64,000 nucleotides of DNA from assembly GCA_951406725.2 (NCBI GenBank), contig OX597819.1, positions 75,206,001 through 75,270,000 of the forward strand, written 5' to 3'. Position numbers and translations under genes: made by a program. The DNA comes from Octopus vulgaris. Its lineage: Eukaryota. Under the pieces are notes generated by a model. It had not been told where the DNA came from and did not search any database. It saw only the letters and a program-made list of their open reading frames with translations. Shown here in pieces: positions 41,745-54,558 of this stretch (positions within the stretch are counted from its first letter, which is position 1; each line of letters begins with the position of its first letter).

Positions 41745-43585
41745 CAGTCTGCTACACCATTGAGGCTGTTTTTGTAACACAATGCTTTGATGTTATTGAG
41801 AGATAAATATAGCTTTGATGAGTAGAATAAACTATAGTTCAGTAGTTTTGCAATTCTGGTTCAAAAGTTATGAATATTTTTTTTTGATTTTGAGGGAAAA
41901 GAAAAGAAAACAGTCATTAGTAGTGTATTTTATCATTTATTGAGGTTATCTTCACCACTATTGCCTGAAGTATCACTTTCACCATCACTGACTTCATCTT
42001 CAATGACTCTAATATGCTCATAAAGCTTGTTAAGATGTGAATTAACCATGTTAATGCATCCTTGGACTGTTTTGTTCTCCAGATTCTGAAATGATGTATA
42101 CAGTTGTGCCAGCACTTACCCGAAAGTGGTGTTTGTGGTGTACTGTCTTCCCACTTCTCCTTTGACAATGGCCCATATGAGCTCAGTCAGCTGCAAATCG
42201 GAATGATGCAGTGGAGAAAAGATGACTTCATGACCTCCTTCTCATGCCATGGAACAAACAACTGGAAAGACATGTAGTTGTTGTATTCACTCAGCTTTTC
42301 CCATAGCACACACTTCAGATCTCCTGCTTCAAATGGAATCTCTCATTCTTGACATGCCACCTGCATTTGAGCCACCTTCTACTATCCTTATGGTGTTGAT
42401 TCGGGGAAATTAGAATGACATTTGGCACTGTCCATCACAATGACAGTGTTACTAATTCTTCAGTCATCAAGAGCTTTGAAGAGCTTCTCCATCCACTCAA
42501 CAAAATTATGGTTAAACATCCCATGGTAGTCTTTTGTTTGTTTTCCTCCTACAAAGACACTTGATTTTCATTTTGGGCTTTTTTTTTTTTGGCATGCTGT
42601 ATTCAGTCAGCATCAATAATGGCTACATTAAACCGTATCACTTTGTGTTGAGTTTTCTCTTGGTCCTGCACATCGTTCAGATCATATAAGCTGTCATCAT
42701 GTTGAGCATAATTTTTGGTTATATAGCTTTCATCCATGTACACAATTTGTCTCTTCTTCACTGCATTGAGAGAAACTAATCTGACTGTATAGAGATCCCA
42801 CTTACAAATGTTCTCGGCTCGGAGCCTGTAGCACATCATTCCTTTCTTCTTTCCGCAACAGTATCCTTACGGAATCTTTGAACAGACCGCAGAGCTGCCT
42901 AGACTTGCTTTGGTTGATTGCGATCATTGATACAGCAGTCCATCACATCCTGAGCAACAGTCCTAGTGTGAGTCACCTGTTAGTCTCTGACAAATTTCTA
43001 GATTACGGAAGTCACAAGATGATCAGGAACTACCAAAGCCTTTGGATTTCAATTTCGAGTCATCTTCTGCTTTGAAATTTCTCCAGTCTCAACAAATTTG
43101 GTCTAGATTTCACTGCAGAGCTTATTACTTCAACCAAGGACATTCACAGTACAGCTCATGGCATCTGCATTCTTCATCATTTGCCAAAATCTCTTATTAC
43201 TGTGCGGTATAAAATGTTCATGATGAAATTTGGCTTGTACAGAGAGAATATCCAGCTTCTCCTCATTGGTAAGGCTCCAAGGTCAATTCGTTTTGATGAA
43301 ACTCTCCACAAATTCAAGAATTGATTATCTACAATCTTATACGTCTTGGGAGTGTAAGAAACATTTCCCTGTCTTTTGTTTCTTTTTGGATCCAAAACAA
43401 GATCTTCAACTTGGTCCTTTTCTTCATTTCTTTCCATAACTTTTGATCTGGAGAGGAGAGAAAAATAATTAATGGTGCAAAAGAAGGATCTCAACGAGCT
43501 CCATTCAACAATATAATGGGTTTAAGCTAGCAGTAAAAACTGACTGAGTAAAACACAAAATAGGCCTTAATGGTGTCACAGACTA
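41745..43585 (-). mobile_element. Decayed full-length IS630/Tc1/mariner transposon with DD82E-type spacing (Sailor-like)
   Basis: TIRs CAGTCTGCTACACCATTGAGGC vs rc TAGTCTGTGACACCATTAAGGC (18/22), TA on right flank; minus-strand motifs IVYMDESY, GGKQTKDYHGMFNH, VIVMDSAKCH, HHSDLQLTELIWAIVKGEVGRQY broken by stops and frameshifts. Confidence 0.85.
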
Positions 43586-43980
43586 TAAATAATACGGAGA
43601 AATGATGTAAATCATGATTTTAGTGACAATTTTTATTTTTAAAAAAAATGAAACACTTCAACAAAATTTCATTAACCTTTTTTTTAGAAGAAAGGCTATT
43701 AACTGGATAGGTAACTTTCTCCCACCTTCTCTACTTTTCCCTTCATGAACTTTGGCATTCCAAATTGCTAGTGCTTGTCTATGATTTCTATTGCATTATT
43801 GTGAAATAAATCTTTCTTCCTATCCCCTCTAGATAGAATAGTAGCAGTCTACCACTGGTGATTTCCACACAATTGAAATAGAACTCACCAGTACAAACTA
43901 ACTGTTGCATGCAATGGTGAATTATGCTGCCTATTGCTAATTCAGTGAATCGAGCTGTTTGAGATCTGTATACTTTAACC

Positions 43981-44009
43981 ATATATATATATATGTATGT
44001 GTGTGTATG

Positions 44010-44049
<40 letters not shown>

Positions 44050-44068
44050 AACACACATACAGAGAGAG
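43981..44068. repeat. Compound (TA)n/(TG)n microsatellite
   Basis: Direct reading. Confidence 0.9.
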
Positions 44069-44513
44069 AACTGTTCTTTCTACTCATTCTATTGAATTTG
44101 TCATCTCTACTTTCTATTTATCCCTAAAGAAATATTTTATACCATGATATTCCATAATGCAACATTTGCATTTTTAATTTAGTCAGCTTCTTTTTTTTTT
44201 TAATCTCTTGTTACCTCTTTTTGCATAGCTACTCTTTACAAGTTCTAGTCATTGGACTGTTGCCATCCTGAAGCACTGCTTTTAAGAGGATTTTCAGTTA
44301 ATAATATTCAATTGATAGAATAAGTTTCTCAGCTATTGTTTTAATTCAAAATGGCTTTTATTTATTTTATTTGATAGACTTCCTGCACAGTTTCGTTCTG
44401 CCAAACTTTACTTGCAAAGCAATGGTAAATCCAAAGCTACAAAGGAAAACATTTATCCCGATTGTCATACAGTAGAATAGAACTCTGGATTTTAGACTGC
44501 TTTAAATAATGTA

Positions 44514-45377
44514 TGTGGTGTGATCAATAATTATCCAGATTGTTCCCATAGTAACAAAGCTAAAGCATGCAGGGTGAAGCCGCTTGGCACAGATTGACCT
44601 TGAACTCTTGCACAAAGTTTTAACATTCTATCTCACTTCCACTGTTTACAGCAGTGCTTGGAAAGAAGGTGAGTAGTGTGTGATCGTCACATTGACCATG
44701 ACAGAGAAAGTTGAGCAGAGAATTTGCATCAAATTTTGCCAAAAGCTTGGTGATATCTGCTCAGAGGCCTACACAAAGTTTTCAAAATGTTTTCATCCTT
44801 CTCGACACAATCAAGATCTTGTGCAACTGAAAAACTGAGTGTCTTTTTGGTCAGCCGAAAGCAGTTTTGGCACAAACTTGGCAGACACGTCTCCTACCCA
44901 ACTTCAGCAATAATGGACTGAACTGAACCATAAATCTGCACTTCCTCTGATAACTCACAGATAGTGATTCAACTATTTCTCCTCACAGATGCATGCACAT
45001 CTGTGATGTTTTTCTCAGTTCTACTGGTTGCAGGTCTCCCAGAACATTCATCACAAACAACATTTTTTTTGGCCATCTTGGAAATGTCTGAACCTCTCGT
45101 ACACTTCTGTGTGGCTCATACACTCCTCTCCATACACTTTCTGCAACTTTCCGGTGGCCTCTGAGCAGGTATTGTCACGACAACTTTCTCTGTAATGATC
45201 AAGGCAATTATCACACGCAACACGCATTACTGCAAACAGCAGAAGTGAGCTAGAACGTTAAAACTTAGTGTGCATGTACAGACGAGTTTAAGGTCAATCT
45301 GTACCAAGCAGCTTTACTCTGTATGCTTTAGCTTCATTGCTATGGCAACAGTGCGGATACTTATTGATCTGTTCTCA
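44514..45377. mobile_element. Mariner-derived fold-back element with long inverted arms
   Basis: Arms TGATCAATAA.TATCC...GCTAAAGCAT...GATTGACCTT.AACTC inverted at both ends; mariner HTH start MTEKVEQRICIKFCQKLG at 44698 (+) and continuation KLQKVYGEECMSHTEVYERF on the - strand near 45150. Confidence 0.85.
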
Positions 45378-45834
45378 TCTATAGGCACAGGCATAGCTGT
45401 GTGGTTAAGAAGTTTGCTTTCCAACTGCGATTGAAGGGCAACTTAACCTTGCAAATTATGTGTTGACTTCACGAGTGCTGGTACTACATTTGCTGATGAT
45501 AGTATAGAGCTATTACATATTTTTACATTAATTTCAAGAATTGGTGTGGCTGTGCTGTAGGTACAGACTAAATATTTTATGAAGAATGAAAATGTATATA
45601 GTATAACTACTATTTATCTTTTTATTCTTCATAAAATATTGAAGTTTGCTGCATTGAGAACTGTTGTTGCAAAAGTCTTTTAATAACTGATTATGAAAGC
45701 TTGAAATTGGATGTTGCTTTTATAAATTTAAATGGTATTACAAGTTTACTATATCTTATATAGTAATTGGTTTTCCTTAATTTTCTTAACTGATTTATTA
45801 TGTAATGTTACAAAACCAACATAAAGCTTCATGT

Positions 45835-46085
45835 TAAATCACCTGGATTAAATCACCAGGCTGTCTGGTGCCGAGTCGACTCCACTGGCCACAGCATTTG
45901 CTTTATTCCCCTCATCCTATCGAGATTCTCCTCCATGTTGTTCCAAACATTTTTCTTAAATCATCTTCCTACCTGATTGAAGGTCTTCTGAGTGGTCTCT
46001 TCTATTTGTGCAGGTACCATTTGACAACCTCATGTCCAACAATTGTGAACCTTGCAACATGACTGGCCCATCGTAGCTTTGTGTG
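45835..46085 (-). mobile_element. 3' end fragment of a second RTE-like LINE family
   Basis: Minus-strand translation TKLRWASHVARF...KRPLRRPSIR*EDDLRKMFGTTWRR; tandem tail (TTAAATCACC)x2 near 45834-45857. Confidence 0.65.
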
Positions 46086-46961
46086 AAGTGAAGGACATTG
46101 TCACAGTATACCACCACACAAAGCTACAATGGGCTGGCCATATCAAATGTTCTTATTAAATGTTATACTGTAAGTTCATGATAGCTCTTTAAAATTTACA
46201 AGAAAGAAAAGAAAGCAAGAAGAAAAGGAGTTTACATTTAAGCTACTAGACTATTAACTACATGGTCCTTAAGTACAAATCTTAGCACAAGGTTCTACTT
46301 TATAGGCAAGGGGTTAGCAGTAATGTCATCTGGCATTGAAACGAATTCTTTCAACTGGCAAATATAAGAAAACCATGGAAACATAGAAAAATGGCAGTGA
46401 AACAGTTAATCTTCTTCTTTTTTTAATTCTGCAATTTCTCTTTTTAGGAATAGTGTATTCTGTTTCCAATGGCCACTGTTAAAGCTTAAAAATTATGTTC
46501 TCAACAGTTTTTAATTAGTCCAAAATTACTGCATTTTCTCTTTTAATTCATTAAACTTATTTATATTGTAGTCTAAAAATGAGTATTCTGTGAATTATGA
46601 CCAGACATCTCATCAACTTGAATATTAATATCATTTCTTCATTTATTCATCATTGTTTAGGTGCCTGATTTTATTTATATTTTTTCATATGTGAACACCT
46701 ATTGAACACTGACAAAGGAAAATGCTTATACTTTTTATTTCAGTCTCTTTTTGTCTACTTTATGAGGCAATATAATTCATATAATTTAAATTTTTAAGCC
46801 CTAAGCTTCTTGCACTTTTTTTCATTATTGCTTTTAGTGTTTTATTTTTTTTTTAATTCTCTCATTTTACATGATGTTTGGTTCAAACCAACAAAGTGAT
46901 TTCATAGAGTTTTGAAGTTAGTTCTTCATTTGTGAAACATGTGACATCTTCTTACTTACAG

Positions 46962-46979
46962 GACAAAATGGAGAAGCAG
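46962..46979 (+). CDS. CLTC: Candidate 18-nt alternative microexon of CHC (..ME-GQNGEA-GDSQP..)
   Basis: catcttcttacttacag|GACAAAATGGAGAAGCAG|gtttgt; multiple of 3, phase 1-1 as intron 3 requires, no stop; donor identical to that of exon 4. Confidence 0.6.
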
Positions 46980-49900
46980 GTTTGTTACTTTTCGTTAGTC
47001 TGGTTTTCCAATGATGCTTTCTCTTCTGCTCTCCTTCTTGGTTGGGTAAAATTACTTTCTTTGAACAACTCTTTCTATTAATAATGGCTTATGTTCTGTT
47101 CAAAGTTGGAATGCTCCCCAAAAAATTATGAGAATGCTTTCTCCAGTATCAATTAACTTTTTCTTTTAAACCTGATTTACTTTTTATCATTTCCTAAATG
47201 CATTAATCAAGCAATTTTTAAATACAAATTTTCATATTTATATTTACAAAAGAGCATTTATGAATTGTAAATTCGAGATTTAGATTATTTAGTTGAATTT
47301 TACAATATTGATGAATTTTTGTTAAATATTATGTGAAAATATGTCCATATTTCAAGATTAAATTTGAAGTGTATAATGTCCAATAACTGAACTAAGTTTT
47401 GCTGTTGACTTAGGGTGTTCAGTTTGAATATGTGTGTATGTATATACACACTCACACACACACGTGTGTGTGTAGGGTAGGGTATGTTGATCTGATCACC
47501 GTTTCAGTTAAATTACCAACTGGTTAAAATCTTAAGACTTCTGCAAGAAAGCATTCTTTATAATGTGGAGGAAATCTTGGTATAGAGAATGAATAATTCT
47601 TTGCAAGTTCTTCAGTGCCATCAAACTGTTTAAAAAAAAAAAATTTATTAAAATTTTTTTTTTTTGTGATAACTATAAAATGTTTATATTATGTAGGAGT
47701 TTTTTTTTTCTTCTCACCCCTTTTTTGTCTATACTTTCTATCAAACCTATTTATTATCCAAATGGTTTTATCCTTCATGTCATCAAGCTAAAAGTTTAGT
47801 TTAACCAGTGTGCATAATTACAGCCCCAAGCTGTAATTGACCTTTTCTTTATGTATGTAATTTCCATGAATTATTTTTTTTAACTAAATAAATATATTCT
47901 ATTGGAAAAAGAAAAACAAATACTTTTTATATATGTTTGAATATATTCTGATTTGGCCTTAAGATTTCCTTTGTAGTTTTTCATCTCTTCCATCATACTT
48001 TACTACTTTGTTACAAAAATAATTTCAGATATGTGTATGATAGACAGGGAGAGAGTATATAGATAACTTATCTGTATGATCTTTGTCTAATTATATTATT
48101 TTATTCCTTAAGAGAGAGCTTTTTTGATGCATAATGTAAATTTTATATATTTTTAATTAGTCTAAAGAAAAATGCTTTTATTCTTTATTTCCAAACAATA
48201 ACTTAATACCTACTTTAACTTAACATTAATTTGATTTGTTTTAGTTAAGAGATCTAAATTTTCTCTTGAAATAAAATTAGTATGACTGCTCAAATTAGAT
48301 GAATCTCTTTACACTTTTAGACTTAATTTTTGAACTTACTACAATGTTTCTCGGTTTAGTACTTGAATAAGCTAATTCAGATGTGTGCATGCATATTTAA
48401 CATGTACCAGCATGTGTATACATGTGCACGTTTTTTTTTTATTCTCTAAATTGCTCTTTATAAGTGGAAAGCTTATTTTGTTAATGTTTTGGCATTAACT
48501 TTTGAACTGGTATAAAGATTTTGCATACTGTAACAGTATCATTAGCTTGCACTAGAATTTAGTTATGTCTTTGAGAACTTTCTTGCTTTCCAAGAGTATT
48601 GCATAAAGAAATGATTATTTAAGTACATTAATGGCTTTAGTGTAAATTTAAATCCAATAACAAGTAGGAGTTTTGCATATATGGCTCAAATATATTAAAG
48701 CTATTGTTTTTGTAGATGGCTTTGACCTCTCCTCAGTATTTTTTAATTGTGGAGTGGGGGTATCTGTCAGAAAAACAATAACAGGCCTGTTAAGCCTGCA
48801 GTTGCTGAAAGTTTTAACTGAATTTATATATTAATATTCCTTATCAGAAGTATAGAAGTATTCCAGCTTGCTGTATTTCTTGTAAGATAATACTTGCGTA
48901 TTCCAACTAACAGTACTGTTGATGGCTCTTGCTTTAATGTTATACTGCATAAAGAAGTTGATATTTTTGGAGGCTGTTGATGATGTCACATTAGCCACAT
49001 CAGTTTTACTTGACCTACATTGGTTAGTGATCTGGAGGTATCTCTGTCCTATGAGAAATCTTTCGACTATAGCTTGTTCTTGTGTAGCAGTGGGAGGTGA
49101 TATAGTGTAGCTTCTGCATATTACCACCATGAATATGTTGTTACATGTATGCAGATTCTTTTGTTTTAGTTTCAGTTGGTACAAAATACAGAGGAATTTT
49201 TACAAAATCATTTTTAAAAGGATGTAATATTTTTATTTGTTATACAAATAAGTGGTAAGCCATTAGCTCCTATAGTTGTTTAGAGAAGTTAACCATATTT
49301 CAATTTTTATTTCAAAACTTTTCTTAGGCAGGCTTCTCACTTGTGCAGAAAAATTGTAAAAAATACATTGAGTAAAATAAATAGCTTTAATTATTCAGCT
49401 GCATTTTCTATAGCATTTTGAGTAGAATATTGGCATGAAACTTGTTCTGCAGAAGCTTATAAGATTGACTTTATTGCTTGTTTCACATGTTCTTCTTCAG
49501 TTACACACACCACCTTTAAACATCAAGAATTTTATGATTTGCTGGCATAGCTTTAGTTGCTTAATTATATTTGAATTAATTGGGCCCCTCTCTGATTTGG
49601 CCTCAAACAAGTTTTCTTTCTAATTAATATAGAAGTGTTGCTCATACTTCTATGGAGCATTTAACTAATCATTTTTATTTTATATTTTTAAATATTCTTT
49701 GAGATCAACTTTGGAATCTACAATAAAAAATTATGACTTCATAATGTGAAGTTGGCTGTTTAGTTGATTGTTGTCCATAATAATTAGTTACTGGATAATT
49801 ATATTATCAGGAACTTTTTTTTTTCACTCATTAGATCTTCACTAGAAGCAATTAGTGATTTTTTTTTTTTTTTTTTTAAGATTAATAGTAAAAAAATTCA

Positions 49901-50364
49901 CTGACTTTTGCATTCAGTTAAGGAATATTCCAAATGTTTGGAGATCTTGGCTTTGGCATGGTCTTAAAATTGGTTTGTTGGTTGTTTCTTGAACATGGCT
50001 TTTAGAGGGTTGTGAATTTTTTTAAAAACTGAATTGTTTAGCATGATTGCTTCAAATTTCTTTTTGTTTCTGATTAAATTTTTTGTTATTGTTCTTTATA
50101 CTTACATTTAAAAACCAGAATATATTCAAATTTATGTATAAAAAAAAATTTTCACCACTGGTTAGACTATTGGTTTTGAAGACAGTTGTTTTTGTTTTTT
50201 TTTCTTTCCCCTTCCACTTTTATAAATTGAGATTGTTTATCCCGCTCCATCATTTGAATGTTGTTTTTTTCTTTCTTTTTGTATTGCAATTTTGAGGAGG
50301 TAAAATAGTTTGGAATTGTAATTAAATTATACATGAACTGCAATGTTTGTTTCCATATCAAAAG

Positions 50365-50578
50365 GGTGACAAAATGGTAGGCATTAGAATGTTGCAGGGG
50401 AAATGCTTTGCAGTGTGTGATCCAGCTCTTACACATTAAATTCAAACCTTGATGAGGTCAACTAAGCCTTTCATCCTTTCAGGGTCAGTAAAGTACCAAT
50501 TAAGTACTGGAGTCAGTTTAATCAACTAGTCCCTCTTTACTCAAAATTGCTGGCTTTGTGCCTAAATTAGAAATGATT
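50365..50578 (+). mobile_element. Nin/Deu-domain-like SINE
   Basis: GAGGTCAACTAAGCCTTTCATCCTTTCAGGGTC..TAAAGTACC resembles the conserved Nin/Deu SINE domain. Confidence 0.75.
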
Positions 50579-53500
50579 ATTTTCATGTCCCCTCAATCAT
50601 ACTGATTATATACAGTTTCGCACTAAACTGATAGCTCCTTAGAAAAAAAAAAACAAAAAACATTTAAAATACCTTTCTAGCACAGTTAATGTTTTAGTCT
50701 CAGAAATGTCAGTAATTAAATACCAGTAAGCTCAGATGTTTTAAACAATTCTCACCACTATATTGTACTATTACATAAACCATAAAATTGTAGTCTTCAA
50801 TAATTTGATTTAAATGGAGTTAAAAATATTTTAATTGCAAGTACTATCTGACTGAATCAATCACTAATTGCACATTCTTTCTCATTTTTTAATCAGTCTC
50901 TAATTAGATTTATCTTTTATATATATATTCTTTTCACTGAATAAACCCAGCTAATTATAAACTTTTAGAATTGTCGTAAGACATCTTTATTTTGTCATAT
51001 TGAGTTTTGCAGGTGGATAATGATTGATTGATTCTAGTTTCAGCTCATGAGCTGTGGCCATGCTGCTTTTTTTTTTTTTTTTTTTCATATTTCTCACAAT
51101 TATTCTTAGTAATAATTTTAAGCATCTACAAATTAAGTTTTGTCAACACTTCAGCTATATTCTAGTTTAAGATTTTTTTTTTTTGAGAGCTGAGTTAAAT
51201 ATCAATATACACACATGAAACAGCTTTAGATTAAAATACCTGTGTATGTAACAGTGTGTGTATACAAACATAGAACTGCACTAGTTGTAATATTTGTTTC
51301 AATCTTTTCAGAGACTTGTGTTACACCCACAAGGCTTTGAGCAGAACACTGGACTGCTAAACATGGTGTTTTGGTCTAATTTGACAAATACCCCGAGGTG
51401 TTTTGAGACAAGCTATACTATACTTTAGTATAGTGATCAGGATACAAAACATTTGCAGATTTTTGCAAAACCTAGGCAGGCTAGAATTGAATCAACATGC
51501 ACACTTGAAACAACATTAAATTAAAATGCTGATATGTAATGTGTATACAAACACAGAATGGCACAAGCTGTAGTATTTTCTCTCAAAGAAATTTCTCAAA
51601 GACATGTTAAAAGCAAATCCTTGAAGTTTCTCTGATACACTGATATATTACTAAAATATTAGTATAATATTGTAAGTTTGGTACATTTTTCTCTTTTTTT
51701 TTTTTTTTAGTTTTAAAGAAATAACTTTTTTTATGCCATATCACTCCAATTGCATATTGTTGCTATTATGCAAAAATGTTGCAAGTTCAAAATGCTGCTT
51801 TTTCAGAAGACAAAAAAGTTGTTTCACCATTCCATAGCAAAACTGTTGTACTTGCACTTTGACAATTTTTGTTATCTTGGCATCTGAAGTAGCTGGAGAT
51901 ATGATAGCTTGATGAAAAGAACTAGCTATTGCAAGCAACAAAAGAATAAATAAATAAAAATAAAATAAAATAATGCAAAAAATGTATTTGGACATATGAC
52001 AGTTAAACATAATAGCAACGATATACTTTATACCCTTTTAAGCTACGTATAAGATTTGTCCTAAAAATTTTGAACCATTAAAACTTGTATTTGTTTTCAC
52101 AGTAGTTGGATATGGAAAATCTTCTGCAGTCAGATACAATTTAGTTATTTGCTTAATATAATCAGCTTAAAACTAACATGGTTTTTTTTTTTTCTGTTGG
52201 GGCAAAAATTATTTTAGCACTAATTTTAACCGATTATTTATTGAGTAGCTATAATTATTTAAAATTTAAATTAGTTATAAATTTATTACTTGTTTTTTTT
52301 TTTTCTGTTGGAACTATGATACCATCTGTTTATTACTGTTTGTTAGTTTATTCTCAAAAATTCTTAAATTTGATTTGCTCAACTAAGCCCTTTTCCTACC
52401 ATAAAGTTTAATACATAATCCACCAACAATTGAAATACCATTGGAACTAAATAAAATTGATAAATCTAATTCTGATATGAATTTTGTGGAAGAGTAATTT
52501 TCACTTGGACTAAATTATGTTGAACCATGTTTTTAAAACCATAAATATTAGATGCAAAAAAGATACAACTGTCTAAATCTCTAAATCTTTCCTTTTCTGG
52601 GAAATTTAAATGGTATCAAACAGTGAAGGTTTTAGATTATTTTCTTAGTTTTTGGTCCCACCCCACGCCACTTTTTGATTTATTTTTATACATTTTAATT
52701 CAAAACCCATTACTGCTTTGAAATCCTTGTGTAATGCCAACAGCAAACTTAGAACCTTTGTTATTCATTCAGAAAGATATTTTTTATTCTCCACTTTTTT
52801 TTTTTTTTAAACACTGAAAATATCTAATAGCTAGTATGTAAATTCCTTAAAAAAAAGATATAATTAGCTTAATTTGACTATCTATATAAATGTCTAGTGT
52901 TAATGTAGTTGAAATGAAAATTTATTTCATGTTAATGAACTTAATTCTTCCAAAAGAAAACCTATTTCTGAACTCAAATTGAATATTCTCAAAACAAAAA
53001 ATCTTTCTGAATTAATGTTCTAGTTTGAAGTGAGCACCCATTCTGAGTAAATGTTTTAGAACTCCAATTAACTTGTGGATTGTTATTATTAAATAGAACA
53101 AAAAGCATTACTTGTTGCAATCATGAATTCCTTTTCATGATCAAGAAACACTAATTTTAAATATATTAAAATTTAATTTCAGGTTGATTGCTGTGACATT
53201 TTAAATACTCCCCACCCCAATTTCCACCCATTGTTTTTTCTTACTACCACTATTCAGTTATTATATCCCTGCCAACAATTATTTTTTCCATTTTCAGATC
53301 AGTTTTGTGCATACTTCCTTTATATATATATTGTTGTCAAGGCTAATATATTGATCAATTTTTTAAGTTTGAAGATACTCATCACATGATTGTATCTGGA
53401 AATAACATCCTGTTTTAAAGCAGGAACATATGCAAACATTTTAAATTTGCAGATTTTTAAAAACCTATAGCAACAAGAAATGCAAGACACATACACACAC

Positions 53501-53676
53501 TCTAATGGAACACGGATACATCTGCAAATTTAAGTGTTTTGTATATATTTATAATTAGTGATTTCCAGTTAAATGTTCTAACATGAAGTAAGATTTGTAT
53601 TTGCTTTCCAGTTAGTGATAAAGTGCCTTGCTTTGTTATAAATTCTGATAAAATGCATGTGAACCTGACTTCTTAA

Positions 53677-54558
53677 CCCCTTGACGCCGGTATTACCTAA
53701 AGCATGCGAGACACTGCTCTGGTTTTTTATCTACTGAGGCCACACAAACGCAAGTGCCAACGAGCTTGCGTCTATTTACGTTCACCATTACAATAACATG
53801 GCGTTGTACATTTACGTCTACTGGTTTACGAAAATGAACTATGTGAAGCTATTTATCATAATGATATGCACGAGTTATTCTGCTCAAGTTAAAAAAATAG
53901 CTTGCATGTGGTACAACTCGAAACACGGTATTATGCAAAAGGACACATCACAGTCCAGACAATGATATCTGGTTTCATGCTTACGATGGTGTGAGGTGTA
54001 TACAACACATTTCCATGCTGGATTCTGTTTTTTTTCCGTTGGCGGTATGAAGCACAGGAATTGTCCTTATCAGTTAAGAAGCCAGTTTGGAGTCGGTCAG
54101 GTATGAGGACATCCATGCGTTCGGTAGTTGAGCAGCTCGGAAACTTCGATAATTTCATTTATCGGGCGTGATGACGAGCATAAATTCGCTGATGGAGGAC
54201 CAAAGCATGAACACGGAACTTGTAATTGATTTGAATACAATTTGAATTATGATGTGTTTTCACTGGAGACCGTTAATTTTATACCTCCTGTACCAATGCA
54301 CATGTATGTAAAGTATCTGCATGTCATTAGTCTACTGCTAGTCTCATGACTTTAACGTAACCTAAAATAGCTAAGATAATGCACGGGATGGCAAGCGCGC
54401 ACACCTCAAGAGATAAAGTACATGATAGCGAACGTAAACATACGTCAGCCGCTAAAAAGTCCATGATAGATGTGGGGCTCTACATTGTATATTTACGTTA
54501 ACCGTGGGTAGGCAAGCAAAAGTGTGATCACATATCTGCATCAACCGTTGTCAAGGGG
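53677..54558. mobile_element. piggyBac-like non-autonomous element (MITE), 882 bp
   Basis: TTAA at 53673-53676 and 54559-54562; TIR CCCCTTGACGCCGGT vs rc CCCCTTGACAACGGT (13/15); internal ATTTACGT repeats; CpG-rich. Confidence 0.9.

Noticed and set aside
50297-50299. 3-nt microexon GAG|gtaaaa after a long pyrimidine tract with TGC
   Set aside because: Would need a GAG acceptor, which is rarely used.
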